A stretch of DNA of 36,688 nucleotides, taken from Catajapyx aquilonaris. Its lineage: Eukaryota. The notes beneath the pieces were generated by a model that was given only the letters and a program-made list of their open reading frames with translations, did no database searches and was not told the DNA's origin. The translations under genes were made by a program, and so were the position numbers. How positions within the stretch are numbered: position 1 is the stretch's first letter; each line of letters starts with the position of its first letter. The stretch is from contig KZ539013.1 in the NCBI GenBank assembly GCA_000934665.2, forward strand, positions 1 to 36,688, written 5' to 3'. This document shows positions 23,221-35,650 of the stretch, piece by piece.

Positions 23221-26200
23221 TTCTAGTCCAAACATGGTGGCATCCACCTGCTCTAATACACTGTAATTATGGCGTGGTAGCTAGGGTACAAAGCAAGTTC
23301 CATAATGGCAACCAGATATCTCCTTCATGCATGAAAAGAGCTGGTAAGTGATGACGAGTGGCTTGGGACAAATATCAGGAAACAAAAGGCTGTTCGTCAT
23401 CTGAATGGTGCAGCCCTCCTCATCTGTTTCCACCCCAATGCACTCTGCCTAATACTCATTACGCGGGTTATAACATACCCTCCCTTAGTGAGAGGGGGGA
23501 CCTGCCCATTCTAATGGCTAGGGAGCACTTGAGTGTTGGGTGCGCCCATGTTTGTTCCCGCCGATGCCATGCTTGATTTATGACATCATCTTCCAAGCTC
23601 TCGAGCAGGCTACATTGTATGGGAAAATAAAATAGCAGGCAGCAGGCGAAGATTTCTGGATTCGATTGCATTGTCACTTAGTACGAGGCCACATTAATTA
23701 TTACGAAACAGCAGCTGCAGAATCACAGCGTTGCGCACTCTGGTGTCTGGTTGCATCGGACTTTTTGTTTTGTTTTTTAAAAAAAGGGCGGTTCGTGAAT
23801 TTTTTAGGCTGTGGTGTGTGGTCGCCCGTCCGACTCGGTCCCGAATGTCATAATTATTTTATTGTCGGGAAACTTTCTACTCTAATTCTTGAAACCGTTG
23901 TCAGCCATATTATTGTTTCATGTGGCTATTAAGTCCAGTTGCTGCTGTGTACCATTTTTAGAATTTTTTCCCCCGTTTTAATTGATTGGACCAGCTAGGT
24001 TCCTCGGGATGTACCATACATAGGTATCGTAATTTGCTCCAGGGCAGGGGTAGGATCATCAGTCGGGCTTCTTTCATGACAACAGGCGTCTCTTTGTGCG
24101 TTGGCTCCCAATTATCAGGAGCTACACAGGGCCTCCTTATCATTCCTCAGCCAAGGCACTCAATCAAACAAGATAGCCTCTTGGATTTTGCTCTCACCTC
24201 TTCCTCCACCACATTCCAACCTCACCACAATTGCGATGAACATACACTCATTGTTTACAAAACAAGAAGAAAGTAGGGCATGTTTAGGCAATGAATGAAA
24301 CAAATGGTCTCAGCAGGTGTCGTCTTCCATGGTTCTGTCCACATATTATCCTGCACAACCAGCAGTTAAAATCAATTGTGGCATACTTGATGGAGGATGT
24401 TTTTGTGACCGGATTGAAATGGTCTTGTTGTTGAGGGGAGGGGGGAGGGGGTGAAAACAAGGCCTGTTGCGACATGCCTGGTGGCCCAGTGACTCTGGAT
24501 GGCCAGACATGCATTGCGCACTTGGTACTCCCACGCGCGTGTCGATTGAAATTGATGCATTCATACCGGAGTATAAATGGGTCGTTGCACTTGACTAGAA
24601 TTCACTGCGGTTTGTGTACGTCGTTACAGCTTGTTACCAGAACATGATCAAATTCATTCATGCTGATGACGAAGATAAAGGTAGTATGTCAGCCAATATG
24701 ATTCGGATGGTTGGTTTGGATGGTACGATCAGTGGTCCGGATCGTTGTCATGTGTAGATATCGCGTTGGTATACCTGCAGCATTTACTGTTCCATTGAAA
24801 GCCACCTGTCCCAGCGTAACTAGCTTCTTTGCCAAAATTATGTGCGTGCTTGAGACATCGCGTGAGGTATCAAGAGGAAAACATGATATATTAATAGACA
24901 GCGTTGTGTATACGGTAGCCCAGTTTTTTGACGGTATTACAGACTCGCATGTCTTTGCTCACAGAACTACGATTTACATTCAGCTCGTGCATGTCTGAAT
25001 TTTTGAGATAATTGTTGCAAAGGCACATTTTGTATCAAAAATGAAGGATGAGAAAATCCGACGGAATCAATTCTGCTGGATATCTATAGGACAGACAGGT
25101 TTCATTGTATCTAGTACGGTTTCAACTGACACGTGCACCGGATAGTGTTTAGTCACGAATCTACACAATAATTTTCTCAGCCAGCACACACGACTGATGG
25201 GTAAATCTTTAGGATCAAAGCGCCAGAGAAACTGAGCCAAGAAATTGGTTTGGATGATTTTGTAAGCTATAGTTTTTTTTTTTTCTTAACGATGCATAAT
25301 TATTATGGTCTTATCACTGGAATTCTGGATCAGGGTTCTCATCACGTGAAAAAAAAATTAAGGAATAAAAAGACGTATTTCCATAGCAGGCTAGCCCGGT
25401 CCAGTTCCCGACCTTGACTGGAAAGACACGCGATGATCAAAAGTTGGTTACCTCATCGCCCACTCCTTACCACTGACTCATCTTCAATCATAAACTTTTC
25501 AATAGGTTAGGACTTTTGAGTTATATTATTTCATTTGTTGTGGAACAATTGGGTGTGATGGAAAAAATTGTAAATGATTGATGGACTGTTGTTTGCAGGT
25601 GCAGGGACCGTTTGATTAGGATTTGATAGGTGTTATGTTCGTATTGAAGTATTATACGTCATTGAGTTTGCACACAATCATGTTTGGTGCAGTGTGAATT
25701 GCTGATAAGCATTTTTCTATACCTCACGTGTCTGTCATGGTCGTTTGCTGGAGGTTACGAGGAAACAATCAAAAACAGCTATAACATTAGTCACCGTTTC
25801 TATGCCTTTGTATTCTCGAGGACAACGTGTAGTACTGTCAAACTATTTTTTTTCTTCATAAAAGTATTTTCATTGATATGCTGTACCAACACAGCAGTGT
25901 ATAATTTGCAACGGACAGTGTAAGTTATTTCAGTGTGAAATCCTATCTCAATGCCAACTATGCATAACAATGTCAATAACGATTTATGACGAGGCATCCT
26001 TTGGAATTTGGAATCGATCCTAGCGTACAACTCAACTGTGCTCTGTTTGCTAAACTTTGAGGATAAATCCTATAGGCGTGAGATTTCAACAGTGAATTCC
26101 AACATCTGAGGCGCATTCAGGATGAGTCTTGCTGCATTTTAGTGACTCAGGATTATATCCGCTGAAGTGAACATATACGAGCAGGTAATAAGATTTCGCA

Positions 26201-29200
26201 GGCTTTCGTCTAGAGATTTATGATAGCAAACTTCCCCAGATTAAGCATCAGGTAATTCAAACAAATTACAAATGGCGTGGATCGGAACGTAATTATACAG
26301 ACACACTCAGGAATTAATCGTCTTACAAATGAATGCCTTAATCTCAATGCTAAGGAACAGTTGGATGAGAATTTCCTGCAAATGTATATAGAGCTATTTA
26401 GATTTGATATATGCTAGCCACGTGTTGGATGAGAACATGACGATTTACAGGCTGGCCAGGTTTTGAACGTTTCGATTTACTGGGCTTGTTTTCAACTGGG
26501 TTGTATATTAGCATTTTTATCAGCAGTTTTAATTAGCCAAATAGAATTAGGCTAGAAATTACGAGCGGTAGCGTTTAATGGCTGTCGACTCTTTGGGGAC
26601 CAAGTATGCAGGGTGCATCCATTTTTGCTATATATGGTTCGAACATTGTCTTTCGATGTTGTGTATGAAGCAAGCGGCATTTACGACCAGTTTGAGGCGG
26701 AAGCGTCTGCTTGAAGAGAGGCTCTTATCGCTTTCTTCGTGGCTGAAAAGGAGAGATGTAAAAGGTGACTTTTAAGAGGGTGTCAAGTGGAAAAGAGCAA
26801 CAGCGTACCGGACCAAAAGTCGCGTAAAAGAAGACATTTCGACCAAAACCAACTGGCTGGAAAGTGTTGACATGCTTAACATTCAAATATTCAGACTTTT
26901 TGACGTCGGACTGGAGTGGAATGTAGAATTAATTTGACAGCATTCTTTTGCAATGGGCTTGTCTATTATTTTCATGGATCGCGTAGATGCAACCCACTTT
27001 TCGTTAGCAAAAAAACATGTGATTTATTTGATGTGTTTTCTCACTTTCACTATACAACAGTCCTGCAACAACAAGCAGACGCAAGTGACACTTGCAACTT
27101 TCTTTTTTGACGGGCGTGATTTTTATTCTCTTGTAATATGACTTTGCAAACAATTGCTGGTAATAAGCAATAAGAGAATTTCTGCGAACAGAATTAAATC
27201 TGGAATGACCCATTTATGTATTGGGCTTTCAGGCTACATTGACTGTTTAGTGGAAGGTTCTGTGATTTGTCAGAAGCTTTTAGGCCCCCTTTCAGCTCAA
27301 ATTATGAGAGAAAAGAAGCAGGGAAATCTGTTAGATGGCACGGAAACCCAATTTTCTCACTGCAAGGAATATTCGAACTCGACGAATTTTTCCCACCAAC
27401 CATTCGATATTTTGAAATGTACGTTAATCGCAGTAATTCACCCAACATACTTCAAGTGCTGGGGTAAGAAAAGAACAAGAATTCCCCAAATCCCTAAGAC
27501 CATTTCCCAGGCCCACGTAATCTTTCTCCAGCTCGTCTTTCCACCTCGCTATTTCAGTCGACTTTTTCGCCAGACACCGCACATCGCACGATGGTCCCTC
27601 GACTCATCCTTCTTCCTAAATGACTCTTCTTTTTTCCCCCCCTATCTTCCCCTATATCGATCCTACCTATTGTTACTTTCACTTATTTCTTCTGGCCAAA
27701 TGTGGCAGCATTGCCTGGAATGTTAGGGGGGTCCTGGCATGGAGTGGATGAGCATTTATCTGCGTTGGTCAACATTTGGGTATGGGGAGACTGCTTCCTG
27801 GACCAACTGAGTCTGTAAAGAAATCGGAGCAGACACCCCATGGTCCTTCCAGAGAGAGCTAGAGAGAGCTAGAGAAAAAATATGGGAGTGATTCATCCAT
27901 CTTCGCAGGACCCTTTTTGAGCCTTTCCTTTCGTGACAGTTATGATTGGGTGAGTGACGTGGGAAAGACCAGGGGCGACACCAGTACTGTCACCACTGTC
28001 TCACCCTATTTTGTATGTACTGTCAGAATTAGGTGAAAATTCTGGGGCTGAGCAGAGAGGTCGGGAATATTTTTCGGGCAATAATTAGGCACCATGCTGC
28101 TCATTATCTGTTTCCTCTGATATGTCTGGCTAGCATCGTGGTGTATTTACTGCCAGAGGACGCAAACAGGAGCGGTTCTAACCAGTAGGCGGACTATTTT
28201 TTTTGCGAGCAAATAATTACGATGAACACTATGAAAGAATTGAGAGTTGTGCGAGGAGAAGATATCGCGAGAGGAGTTGTCAAAATGGTACTGCGATTGA
28301 TCGACCATAGACCTTGAGAACAATAGGTTCTGATGATTTATGACGTTTGCAGTTGCTCAAGTGGAGATCGAAATCTACAGGTCAAGAATGGACGTGTCTT
28401 GAGACGATAGTTGATGTCGTAGCCCTCGAGACTTAAAGACAGAATATTATTCAATCATGATTATTCAGAGGTGACAATTGGAATTCATTGACTTAAATAA
28501 CTTACGTATTCGATACGATTCGTATAAACTTTCAACTTAGTGCCAATTGTGATCTGTCACTATAGGCAGCGCATGATCGAATCATTGTCGATATGTCTGA
28601 TGTTAAAATAAGAAGGCCATTTGAAGTACTCTATAAATAATCATGCAATCATGTGTGTCTGGATCAGAGGTCCTACCTCGGATGGAAACAAAGAAGTAAC
28701 AACGTAAACTTCCGCGAGTTTCTGCATAGATGCGAATGGTAAAAACAAGCAGTTGAAAATGACTGCTACTCTATGAATAACAACAACAGAACGTCGACCT
28801 TTATAACCTAGGGGAAGGGTTTTGAAAATATTGTCGCACTAAAAGTCAAAATAATTTTGTTAACATGATTTGCGAGTTGATTGACAGCACCATCACATGC
28901 ATCGGTGAGGCGTTCACTTTCAAAATGGGCTAATTTGGTTTAGGCTATAGTACACAACGCCCATTACTATGCCCATAAACTTCCCTATAGCTGAAACGGA
29001 CCAATATGAAACTGTATTCGTTGGTTGCAGGCACATGTGGCACGTGGAAACTCGTAATGCAAGAATAGCAAGGGGGATGTTCATAAAGGGATAAATTGAC
29101 ACAACCTGCTGTTTGCGAGGCATAAATTGCTCTGGATGTAATGAAGTTATTGCTACAAGTTTAAGCTTGAAGCTTCTGTATGAAATGCTCTTTGCATTTT

Positions 29201-30143
29201 TGATTGTCAGCCAGGTCGACACAAAGAGTACACTCTACGAGCACGTCATGGTAATGTAATTTGAATATGAGAAAAATCTCGAGAGAGAATTTAAAAGGTG
29301 AAACATTTCAAAGGTGGCTATTACTGTGAGATCTGGAAGAAAAAAAAGGCAGATGGATATTCATTTTCAAACATATATACAGTATGAAATTGCCCTTGAT
29401 TGGTGCAGTGAAACGGCGGCAGAAATGTTTATTTTCGGACTGCAGAACTTGTATTATCGCATGCCTCAGGCCTTGAGAAGCTTTTCAATAACTTGCCTTT
29501 CAAGGTCGATTTTTGCGTGTTTTAAGGATTACCACTGACTGTTTTATAGTTTATGTTTAGCTTTGATTATGAAATGTGGGCTTAACCTTTTGGGGTTATA
29601 AATATGTATGAATTGACATAGGCCGATTGCAAATAACGCCCATGTTGAAATTAGTTTAGCAAGAATTTGTAATGGCCGGAAGTAATTGCCAGCATTTTAT
29701 GGCTCAAAAATTGAATTACCTTCGGCCCTGCCAAATATTTTCTTTCGAACTACGGATCACCTGTCAGCTGCCGAATTTCGTTTATCACATATACCCTGAA
29801 GCACAACAAGCATAGTCTTTAAGCAGAAAAAAGTTTCCATATTGGTTACCGACGTAGGTTTGAAAATCAGTTGTTGCAGTGACCCAATATGATGAATAGA
29901 ACAAGGGCCAAAGTCCAAGGTAGACTACTTGCAATACCTGTTCATGTAATCTTCATATTTACCATTGCTTCATGGTTGTAACTAATATGTGGTAGGGTCT
30001 AATAATTATTTTACCACTTTTTATTCTGTTGGATCCTCCTGTTTGCTAACCATTAGACCGACAGAAACCATGAGCAATAGGAATACAATAGCAATAAACG
30101 AACCGTGACATCCCTTTTCCTAAGTGCTTGTTTGATTTTTCAG

Positions 30144-30287
30144 AACTGCGTGGCACGCGCCCTCTACGACAACATGGCCGAATCACCGGATGAGCTGGCC
30201 TTCCGGAAAGGAGACCTTCTCACGGTTTTGGAACAGAACACTGGTGGCCTAGAAGGATGGTGGCTCTGTTCCCTCAGAGGAAGACAG
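30144..30287 (+). CDS. BCAR1: Cas family (p130Cas/BCAR1-like) coding exon, N-terminal part of SH3 domain
   Basis: Translates to NCVARALYDNMAESPDELAFRKGDLLTVLEQNTGGLEGWWLCSLRGRQ, closely matching the Cas-family SH3 (human BCAR1 NVLAKALYDNVAESPDELSFRKGD...GWWLCSLHGRQ). Flanked by acceptor tttgatttttcag (AG 30142-30143) and donor CAG|gtactt (30288). 144 bp, phase 0-0. As an invertebrate gene it is probably co-orthologous to BCAR1/NEDD9. Confidence 0.96.
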
Positions 30288-32194
30288 GTACTTCCCTAAC
30301 TTTCGTATTTTCCACTACTTTTCAGAGGCTGAGTTACATCAAATGAGAATCGTTCGTCATGTCCAAACAAATTTTCTGGAATATGAAGTCCACAGGGATG
30401 GCGACGAGACTAAGCGGGTCTTTTGATGTCAAGCGTGAGAACACAAACCTTTGGGGTGATTACTTTGGGTTGGAACCAAATCAAAGGAAAAAGGGATAAG
30501 GGTGACAAAGGATGTCAAGGAAAAGGGGGGGGGGAGAGAAAAAAAAAGAGGTAGAACCTGCGACGGCTGAAAGAACCAGAACTTGAATCATTTGAGGGGG
30601 GGGGGGAGAAGGGGACAAAAAGAGCCTATTAATCAAGTCCCGGAATCAGCCTGAAGCAATTCTGATATCAGCTTTTTTTTCCTGGATTTTGTAAATTCAC
30701 CGTTTGAAATAAAGCGACGATGTGCGTCAATTGACCACCATGGAAATAATTTGCATGTGTGCGAATAATTTATCAACTCGCTCTCTCTACATATTGATCC
30801 AACCTGATTGCACACGTGTTATCTTTATTTCCCAGGTAGATTATCCGAGGGCATATCCGATATGCACTTTTAGTTTGACCACGTGCCTCTGCAGCCATGG
30901 TTGTTTGGGGAAGCCAGAATGTTGCAGTCGATATTTCGGCGAGTTGTCACGCTAACCGGAGATTCTGTATGGGGGGACCACGCCCTGTATGCAGCAGAGA
31001 TTCAGTGGAAATACCTTCAAATTCGAGTGTTTTTCCAATGACCGAATACGGGGGTTCCCCATTATTAGGCCTACTGTCATCCAACTATCTAACCGAGAAT
31101 TGAGAAACAATACTGCCAATTTAAGCAAGGATGGCAGAGCTTACCTGTGATGTTGCATTAGAGCTGCAATGGCAGTGCAATCGATATAAAACGCGCATAA
31201 ATTAACCGGAGTACACACAGTGTGTTAAAATCGCACCTACTGCTACGTGTGAAGTTTTTCGCCTCATCCGTTTCAATAATTGGACGCCGAATAATGGTAA
31301 TTATGGCTCGATGCGCCAGTATTCAGAGAGCTATTATATAGTTTGTCGGCTTGTTTGAACTCTTATGTTGGATACCTACGGTACCAGCCATAATGTAATT
31401 CCCTATAAATATTAATCAGGCAATTAAGTAAATGTGGCATGTGGCAGTAGGACTAACAAACGTTTTAAAAAATGTACTTGTATCACTCAAAAATATGGAG
31501 ACGATTTTGCACTAAAACCAAATGCACAATCGTCTCCAATTTTTTTTGGAGCGATATAGTACATTGAGGTGGCAGCCCATTTTAGCACATTCAAGTGATT
31601 GTGGACAGAGAAGACTAGGGTTGTCGGGTAAGTGGTCTTTGTGACGCAGAATAGCGCCATTTAAGGTTTATTTGCTCTTATCGACGTGGCGCAGGTGTTG
31701 CCGGGACAACGTTTCCTAACAACCATCTCTGCTATGTACAGAACGCGATACGGGAGGGGGTTTCCTTCTTGGATGTCATAACCCGGCTTCGAAGCATACT
31801 CCATTTATAGCTGGAAACTGTACCCGTAACTCATTTATGTTGGCATGGGAAACCTTTTTGTCGTCACTACCCGACCCGGGGATTAAATGAGCTTCATCAA
31901 CAAGGGACCAAATCGAATTGATGGAGCTGGAATTAGTTTTTCGTAAAAATAGCAAGGGACATTCGAAGGTGAAAATATCAGACTTGACCTTAGAAAAATA
32001 ATGAAAAATTGCTGTTTCCTCCCTGAATTTAGTGATTTTGAATGAGTTTCTGCCCTCCGATTTAACGATAACTATGGTCATAAACAGTTGAGCGCATACG
32101 CCCACACAGCTAGGTTTGCAATAGCCATTTCGTTGTGGGCGGAAACAGCGTTTTAGGAAGTCAAGACACATTAAATGTGGACCTGGTTTTTCAG

Positions 32195-32395
32195 GGAATA
32201 TGCCCCGGAAACCGGCTCCGGTTATTACCCGGCGTTTACGACACCGGCTTTGGCATGGGGGGCACAATGGCCCCACACCTGACCACTCCATCGGGTCCAG
32301 CCAGGGTGAAAAGCGCATCACCACGACCCCAAGAGACCAACGGTGAGACCTTCCCACAAGGAAAGAGACGCAGCTGGCACGTCCACCCAAACAAG
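32195..32395 (+). CDS. BCAR1: Cas family coding exon: end of SH3 plus linker
   Basis: Acceptor ggtttttcag|, donor AAG|gtcagt, 201 bp, phase 0-0. Translates GICPGNRLRLLPGVYDTG...GKRRSWHVHPNK. GICPGNRL completes the SH3 (BCAR1 GIVPGNRL) in frame with the previous exon. KRRSWHV resembles a motif I recall from invertebrate p130Cas. Confidence 0.93.
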
Positions 32396-32448
32396 GTCAG
32401 TCAGTTACATCATTTTAGTTGGTACACAAACCTGACCTTTACCAAAGT

Positions 32449-32522
32449 GCACTCATAGCTCAGTGGGAAGAGCGACAGCTTTTTTTGGCTGGAGGTCCCA
32501 GGTTCGAATCCTGGTGAGGGCA
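32449..32522 (+). pseudogene. tRNA-like element (tRNA pseudogene or SINE head, Lys-like)
   Basis: GCACTCA..TGAGGGC acceptor stem (1 mismatch), A box TAGCTCAGTGG, B box GGTTCGAATCC, CAGC/GCTG anticodon stem. The loop is an abnormal T7 run (32480-32486) that should terminate Pol III. Followed by a short tta-repeat. Confidence 0.7.
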
Positions 32523-34425
32523 CATCACCTTATTATTATGTTACAAGTTGTTTGGTAGGAGTTTCGCAGGCTGTGCGGCTGAAGACATTTTCATTTCCGA
32601 AGCATCGTCCTCATGGCTGAAATGGGAACTTGTATGCCATCCGTTTTCCATTCCTGATCCCTCAGATTTCAAGCCGGAGGAAATGGAGATCTGACTCGAT
32701 TTGAATGCGAGAGTAAGCAAGTCGGTATTGGGAAGCTCGATCAGACCAGGCTTAAAGCAGGAGGAAATTTTTGTTGAGGTTCTTGCCATATTCGTTTCTG
32801 CTGGAAGGTGTCGTTCACACTGTGGCTGTTTTTATTTGGTTATCAGTTGACGGTTTTAGTGTAGGCCTGGCGCCCCGTTGCTATAGGGCCAGCTAAATTG
32901 AGTACCGCTTGAATGGCTCTTTAGAACGGGCTGAATAAGCCCTTAATTTTTTTCTCTTCCTATCTCTCCTCATATTTTTGCCTCACCTTGTCCCCATCCT
33001 CTCGTGCCCTCAAAAGAAGGCACAATGGGTCTCGATCAATCGGAAGCGAGCTATAGACCTAATGATTTTTCTTTGTCCGCCACAAAGAATTTGATCAGAC
33101 TTTTTTGTGTCAAAAAATCGACGGAATAGCAGTTGGTTCTCATTTTCTAGTTTTCTTCACCAGCAAATGTCAGAAAAGTGTCGCGATATAGCAACCTGAA
33201 AATTCTTGGCATGTGCATTATGAGAAGGAACACCCCCTTAAGGGCTGATGAATTATCCTGTCACCGAGCAACCCACTCTGCATCGTCTTGAGTGGCTTGT
33301 TCCACATGTAAACGTCTGACAACTGTGGCTGCCTTTATTCTCGCGAGGGTCCACTAATTAATCAGAATAGTTATGCAGGGCTATTCATCTATTAGTTGCG
33401 CACGAAGTTCCCCCAAGGATTAACAAATTTTTTTGTGGGCAAACTGGGTATATTCTAGTTTGGTTAGCTTATTCGTTACGGGATGAGGAGTACTTTTTTC
33501 TTAGAGTGTCTTTTGTGAAAGAGATCTGGGCCATTAGAGTCTTCCGGAACTTGAGGACACTGCTTGCTCGAGGAAGAAAGGCGAGAACGCAAGTGATTCG
33601 GCATCGGGGAATGATTTACTGCACGAGTTCTCCAAGAAGTGACCTGACACCACTCTCGAGAGTTAGTGTCACCATGTGCAGTGGCTGGAGTCCTGCCCTT
33701 CCAAAAGTTATTTGAATCTCCCCAACCCAGGAAACGGGCCTTGGCTGTAAAACTACCGGTAGAACGGTCAGCCAGCACTGCCCGGACACAAAACAGAAAA
33801 TGTTCTGCATTTTGACTGGAGTACCGCATCTGATTCTAATATTAATGTAGCTAAAGGAAATGCCATTATCCTACTCCATCAGCTTATTCCTTAGGCACCC
33901 TAAAATCAGGTTTGAAAACCCCCTGAGACCTAAGTACATCTATGTTATATGAAGTGCAACACTAAATTGTGCTCAGGAGTCATTGACTTCACAATAACGA
34001 GTGCAAAGTTATCATCAAATCCGTTTCGCACGAGGGCTTCAGCCCAGGTCCCAACAATATTATGCATTATACACTGTACACCTGAGCCGTAAGCCAGCCC
34101 ATGATTTGATTGTCGGTACTTCGTATATGGCGAAAAATTCCTCCAGGAGCCATCCGAAGAAGCAGCTTCACGCGACGTGGAAATGCGCGCAAAAGAGGAA
34201 GAAACAAAGTGGTTCCCTGCTGGGGACAACAATAATTTTTGGGTGGGACCCCTTCAGGAGGGGAAGGGCTGTGGTGGTTTGTGGAAGAGGAAAGGGCGAG
34301 GTCCGCCAACCATACCCCCCCAATCCCCTACCAACCCCCGAGCTCTCCGAAAACTTCTCTTCCGGAGCAGTACCAGATCGATGGACCCCCGAGAGAAAGC
34401 AGGGGGGGGGGGGGCTGCTNGATAG

Positions 34426-34439
34426 GTTGCCATGGCAAC
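34426..34439. promoter_or_regulatory. Perfect palindromic RFX X-box motif
   Basis: GTTGCCATGGCAAC is present in the sequence; function is not demonstrated. Confidence 0.35.
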
Positions 34440-34568
34440 ACCACCTGCTGACGCCTGCTTCCTTCCTCTTTTCTTTTATTTGTGAGGTTAACAGGAAGGG
34501 ATGGTGGGTCAAGTTCTCTTTTCCCGTCGCGAAAAAGTCCTCTTCAAATGTCTCCACTCCCAAACCTA

Positions 34569-35495
34569 CAGGGGTTACACAAAATAACGGGGACCCCCTG
34601 CAAAAAGCGGGCGAATTTTTTTCTCCATTTTACTCGAAAACTGGATAGGTTACATAGATGATTTTTACTGATATTTGAAGCTCTGTCGATGTACATTTAC
34701 AGACATGAAGATGACACAAAAATCCCAAGAGGAGGGGGAGAAACAAAAGACTAAAGACACCACCCCCAGACCCCATTTTTGACCAGAGAATCGCACCCTT
34801 TTCATTTGAAAATGAAAATAGTTACAGATATGAACTTTACTGGAATTTGAAGCTCCATCGATGTCACTTTGTGTGGTATAGAGAAGAACCAAAAATGCCA
34901 ACAGGGGGCGGGGAAAAAAATAGAGACCACACCCTCCTTCCCCGGCACTGCTTGAATGCAAACAATGGAAAATTTTCGTCCCACTGCTAGTTAATGCTAA
35001 CTTAGCAGTACCAGTGACATATATGGTACTAGTAAGTTGGAAGTAACTACCAGTGGGACGAAAATTCGATCCAAGCGTACTGTACATTATTTTGTCCAAC
35101 CTCTTTTCAGATTTAGTGCAGGGGAAGGGGGGTACCGTTTCTAATTTTCCTCCTACCCCTGTGGGTAATTTTGGTCCATCTCTATACCAAAGAAAGTGAC
35201 ATCGATGGAGCTTCAAATTCTAGTAAAGTTCATATGTTACCATTTTCATTTTCAAATGAAAACGGTGGGACACTTTGGTCAAAAATGGGATATGGGGTGG
35301 GGATGTCGTTAGTCTTTTGTTTCTCCCCCTCCTCTTGCGATATTTGCGTCATCTTCATGTCTGTAAATATACATCGATAGAGCTTCGAAAATCAGTAAGA
35401 GCCATCTCTGTAACTTTAACAGTTTTCGAGTAAAATGGAGGAGAAAATTCACCCACTTTTTGTAGGTGCCCCCGTTATTTTGTCCAACGTCCCTG
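34569..35495. mobile_element. Tc1/mariner-type foldback MITE (~927 bp) with TA TSD
   Basis: TA|CAGGGG...CCCTG|TA (TA at 34567-34568 and 35496-35497). Inverted arms of ~380 bp (e.g. gaatttgaagctccatcgatgtcacttt / aaagtgacatcgatggagcttcaaattc) and a central hairpin at 34969-35066. Confidence 0.9.
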
Positions 35496-35577
35496 TATGT
35501 CCGACACTTGCGAAGGCGGCACGAATCGCACTATCCGGCCGATTGTTGCCGCCTCTGAAACATTTGGAAGGAATAGT

Positions 35578-35650
35578 CTGATGATTCAAATCGTCCTAGT
35601 GGTTAAAATCGTCCTGATGGCTCAAATCATCCTGATAGCCAAAATCAGCA
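35578..35650. repeat. Degenerate 18-bp minisatellite (4 copies)
   Basis: ctgatgattcaaatcgtc / ctagtggttaaaatcgtc / ctgatggctcaaatcatc / ctgatagccaaaatcagc. Confidence 0.7.

Noticed and set aside
32449..32522. Functional tRNA-Lys gene
   Set aside because: The anticodon loop is abnormal with a T7 Pol III terminator, the acceptor stem has a mismatch, and there is no downstream T-run.
27154..34648. Long ORFs 27154-27726, 31776-32390 (-) and 34001-34648
   Set aside because: None has a recognisable domain. One is antisense to the real Cas exon, and another crosses a poly-G/N tract and the MITE boundary.
34665..35380. Apparently paralogous ORFs on opposite strands (SDIDGASNSSKVH)
   Set aside because: They are the two arms of the foldback MITE, not genes.
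14190..35600. Hammerhead ribozyme or C/D snoRNA at CTGATGA/TGATGA motifs (e.g. 14197, 24663, 28331, 33245, 35578)
   Set aside because: I could not find a stem II plus GAAA core or a convincing C/D terminal stem at any of them.
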